64,000 bases of DNA, from positions 4,402,001-4,466,000 of the forward strand of contig OZ249443.1 in NCBI GenBank assembly GCA_965235115.1, read 5' to 3'. The notes under the pieces are model-generated. The model did not search any database, had not been told where the DNA came from, and was given only the letters and a program-made list of their open reading frames with translations. A program made the translations under genes and the position numbers. Shown one piece after another: positions 61,307 through 64,000 of the stretch (the stretch's first letter is position 1; every line of letters starts with the position of its first letter). This DNA is from Laetmonice hystrix. Lineage: Eukaryota.

Positions 61307-62832
61307 CTCTGTCGGTACAATAAACGGCCCCCCTTTAGCAGTTTACACCGTGTCCGACGTTTTAATCAATGAGACCAGCCGGTCTCAAACACGCCGATTT
61401 ACCTTGCCATTTCAAACGATAGATCTATGGCAATTTTTTGGCAAGATATCGCGGGCCATCGTACAGTATGAGAGTGTTTGTGACATCCTAAGTTTAGAGA
61501 CATCGGATCGTAAATTGCGAAATCGTAAGACCTCGAACTTGTTAAAAGAAAAGACCATCGCCAGTGTGTACAGGCAAGGCACGCAGGCCGTGATATTCTA
61601 AGCAATTTAAAACAGATTTGAACACAATTGGTGCTCAAATAGTTAAAAGAAAAGACCATCGCCAGTCTGTATAGGCCAGGCACACATGTCGTGATATTTC
61701 TTAGATGGTTAAGATATAGGCACTTTATTGCCGGAGGCTTCTTACAACCTGCTCAGCTGGTGAAGGCCGCCATTCCTTGGGCTAATCTCAAAGTGCGCAT
61801 GCTCGCCCTAGGCGAGCATGCGCAGCACGACTGCTCTCCAGTTTGGGAGGAACTGAAAGCTGACGCACCTGGAGTCCGTTGTATAAGAATTTGTACGATC
61901 GTTCGTATAAATGGGCGCGTTAAATAACGATTACCACCCGAAATAACGCATCTTGGCGCTTACCGTTGCATAAGCAAGTATCGTTCGTACAATAGGCCTA
62001 CCTACTTTTTATAATATGTGACGTTCCACCACAAAACTTAACATAAGTCTTAAATTGTCAAATTATCAGTTATTTATATCATCTTAAAGTAGAGATTCTG
62101 ACCTTTCTAATGGTGTAAAAATTGTGTCTCTACCACAAAGTTTCAGACCTTTTCCATGAACATTTCCATAGCAACTAGGCCCCCCTACCCATTTATATTC
62201 AAGCGATCTTTATGAAATTTTTACTAATTATTCTCAGTGGCTTGTGTGTGATTTTTATATACCCATGGCAAAGAGAAATCTATTTTTCAGGGTAGCTTGT
62301 TGTGTGAAAAATTTATGAAAATGAAAATATAGGCCTAGATGTTTTTCTATCGATTGCTGATGGAATCTTAAAACCGGCCAGAAATCATGTCATTATGGAA
62401 ACTGGCCTCTAGCTCTAAACTACCCAGCGCGACTTTTATGCCTGGTTTTGTGGCGGAGGGTCACGTATATAGGCCTAATAATGTTCTCTTTTTTTATATA
62501 TATATTTCTCATTATACTCCCGGAGAGGTTGGACTGAATGAAACCCCAGAAAAAAAAGTGCCAAATAGGCCCTACGCGTTTTCCTGCCATCTGGGAACAA
62601 AATTCAAGGTCTTAGAGTTAGATGAAAATAGTATTTTTTTTTCATTAACAATTAGGCCCCTATTAGCTAAAAAGTCCTGCAAAAAACTTAAAAGGGGAGG
62701 CGTCACAATCGCCATCTATCGGATATGGCTATAGATCTAGGCCTATAATATTATAGGCAGGCCCGTACCCAGGATTGGCCTTGGGGGGGTCCACTTTTGT
62801 ATTCAGTTCGTGGGGCCTACAGCTGTTACAAC

Positions 62833-64000
62833 AGGGTTCCGCAGGGATCCATACTTGGGCCTTTACTTCTAATTTATATAAATGACCTGTCTAATGTTTC
62901 ATCTTAGTTTTTAATGAATATGTTTGCCGACGATAGCAACTGTCTACTGGAAGGTGATTCACCGGATAATTTAATCAGTAAAGCAAATAACGAGCTCAAA
63001 AAAGTGGTTACATGGTTAAATGTGAATAAACTCTCACTTAAAGGGGCATGCTATGAAACACGTTTTTTTAGATTTCCGGCAATTATCCAACATGATCGTG
63101 TACTAGGGATCCAAGTAAATAATCCTACCACAGCATTTTGTCCTCCGACGTGTTTTCGCTGCGTATGCAGCACAAGTAGATTCTATACGACCAAACCTAT
63201 AGATTTCTCCCGATAGCACATCTCCCGCCATAATTTGCTATAGACAACCTCCCATCAACCCGTGTAATTGCATACTGTGTCACATCCTGCGTGTGCACTC
63301 TCTGCATGTGATTAGTCACGTGCTTCGTTTAGTTGTAAACAATTCAGCAGTTGCACTCGATCGTCCGGCATCAGAATGCCACCCAAAAAATATTTTACGA
63401 AATCGGCAGAAAAGCGGGCAAGGGAGCTTCATAAACTTCGATTTCTCACGCAAAATGAAACTGATAACTGATGTCTTTGTTTACCAAGCAATATTAATGA
63501 AGGATCTCTTGATGAAAACAGCAAAAGTTCTTTGAAATACCGATTTTTCACGTTTCCTCATAATATGCCCCTTTAATGTTAAAAAGTCTAAATATTATCT
63601 TTTCTAGAAAAGGAACAACCCCTGTGAGCAATAATAAATTATACCTATAAATATATAAATAATAACAAGGAAGTTGAACGTGTTTCTCAAATTAAATATT
63701 TGGGATATATAATTGACGAGAAATTAACATGGAAGGCACACGTGACGCATATTTCCCTAAAAATGAGTAAAAATATTGCAGTGTTGAGAAAACTCATTAC
63801 GATTCTAAATCCAGAAAATTTACATCAATTATATTATACTCTTATTTATCCCTATTTGATAAATGGTAACACGGTATGGGGAGCGGCAAGTACAACTACA
63901 TTAAGTCCTCTTGTGATATTACAAAAAAGAGTTGTTAGAATCCTTACGAGAAGCAAATGTCGAGATCATACATTACCATTATTTAAGGACTTAAAGATAA
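62833..64000 (+). mobile_element. Non-LTR (CR1/L2-like) reverse transcriptase fragment, degenerate, runs off the window
   Basis: VPQGSILGPLLLIYINDL...MFADDS, NKLSLNVKKSKY (after removing the insert), KYLGYIIDEKLTWKAHV...YPYLINGNTVWG; contains stops and frameshifts. Confidence 0.88.
63042..63572. mobile_element. TTAA-duplicating MITE (Kolobok-like termini) inserted in the LINE
   Basis: TTAA|AGGGGCAT...ATGCCCCT|TTAA; excision restores the RT frame LSLNVKKSKYYLF. Confidence 0.82.

Overview
Eukaryotic (invertebrate-like metazoan) genomic DNA, not prokaryotic. The main host gene is a + strand Pbx/extradenticle TALE homeobox gene. Its internal exons are at 39635-39885, 42603-42793 (GC donor), 45089-45224 and 49833-49948, with a candidate last exon at 57481-57627. 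Its first exons were not found and probably lie upstream of the window. The most striking feature is that the exon encoding homeodomain helix 3 plus the C-terminal helix is present three times in tandem (46997-47144, 47661-47793, 48488-48659). All three have the same splice phases (0 in, 1 out), which suggests mutually exclusive splicing, and one changes residue 50 from Gly to Ala. Upstream, on the - strand, lies a young 9.8 kb Ty3/Gypsy LTR retrotransposon (14696-24540). It has near-identical LTRs, a tRNA-Ala-type PBS, gag, a -1 frameshift signal, an open pol ending in a chromodomain, a truncated class I fusion-protein-like env, and an antisense ORF filling the pol-env gap. Also present: eight identical 334 bp units, each with Pol III A/B boxes, flanked by 290 bp direct repeats; a possible decayed Zisupton/KDZ transposon at the left end; several MITEs; a LINE RT fragment split by a TTAA-duplicating MITE; many minisatellites; and a 215 nt assembly gap. 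All family assignments come from motif recognition by eye, with no database search.
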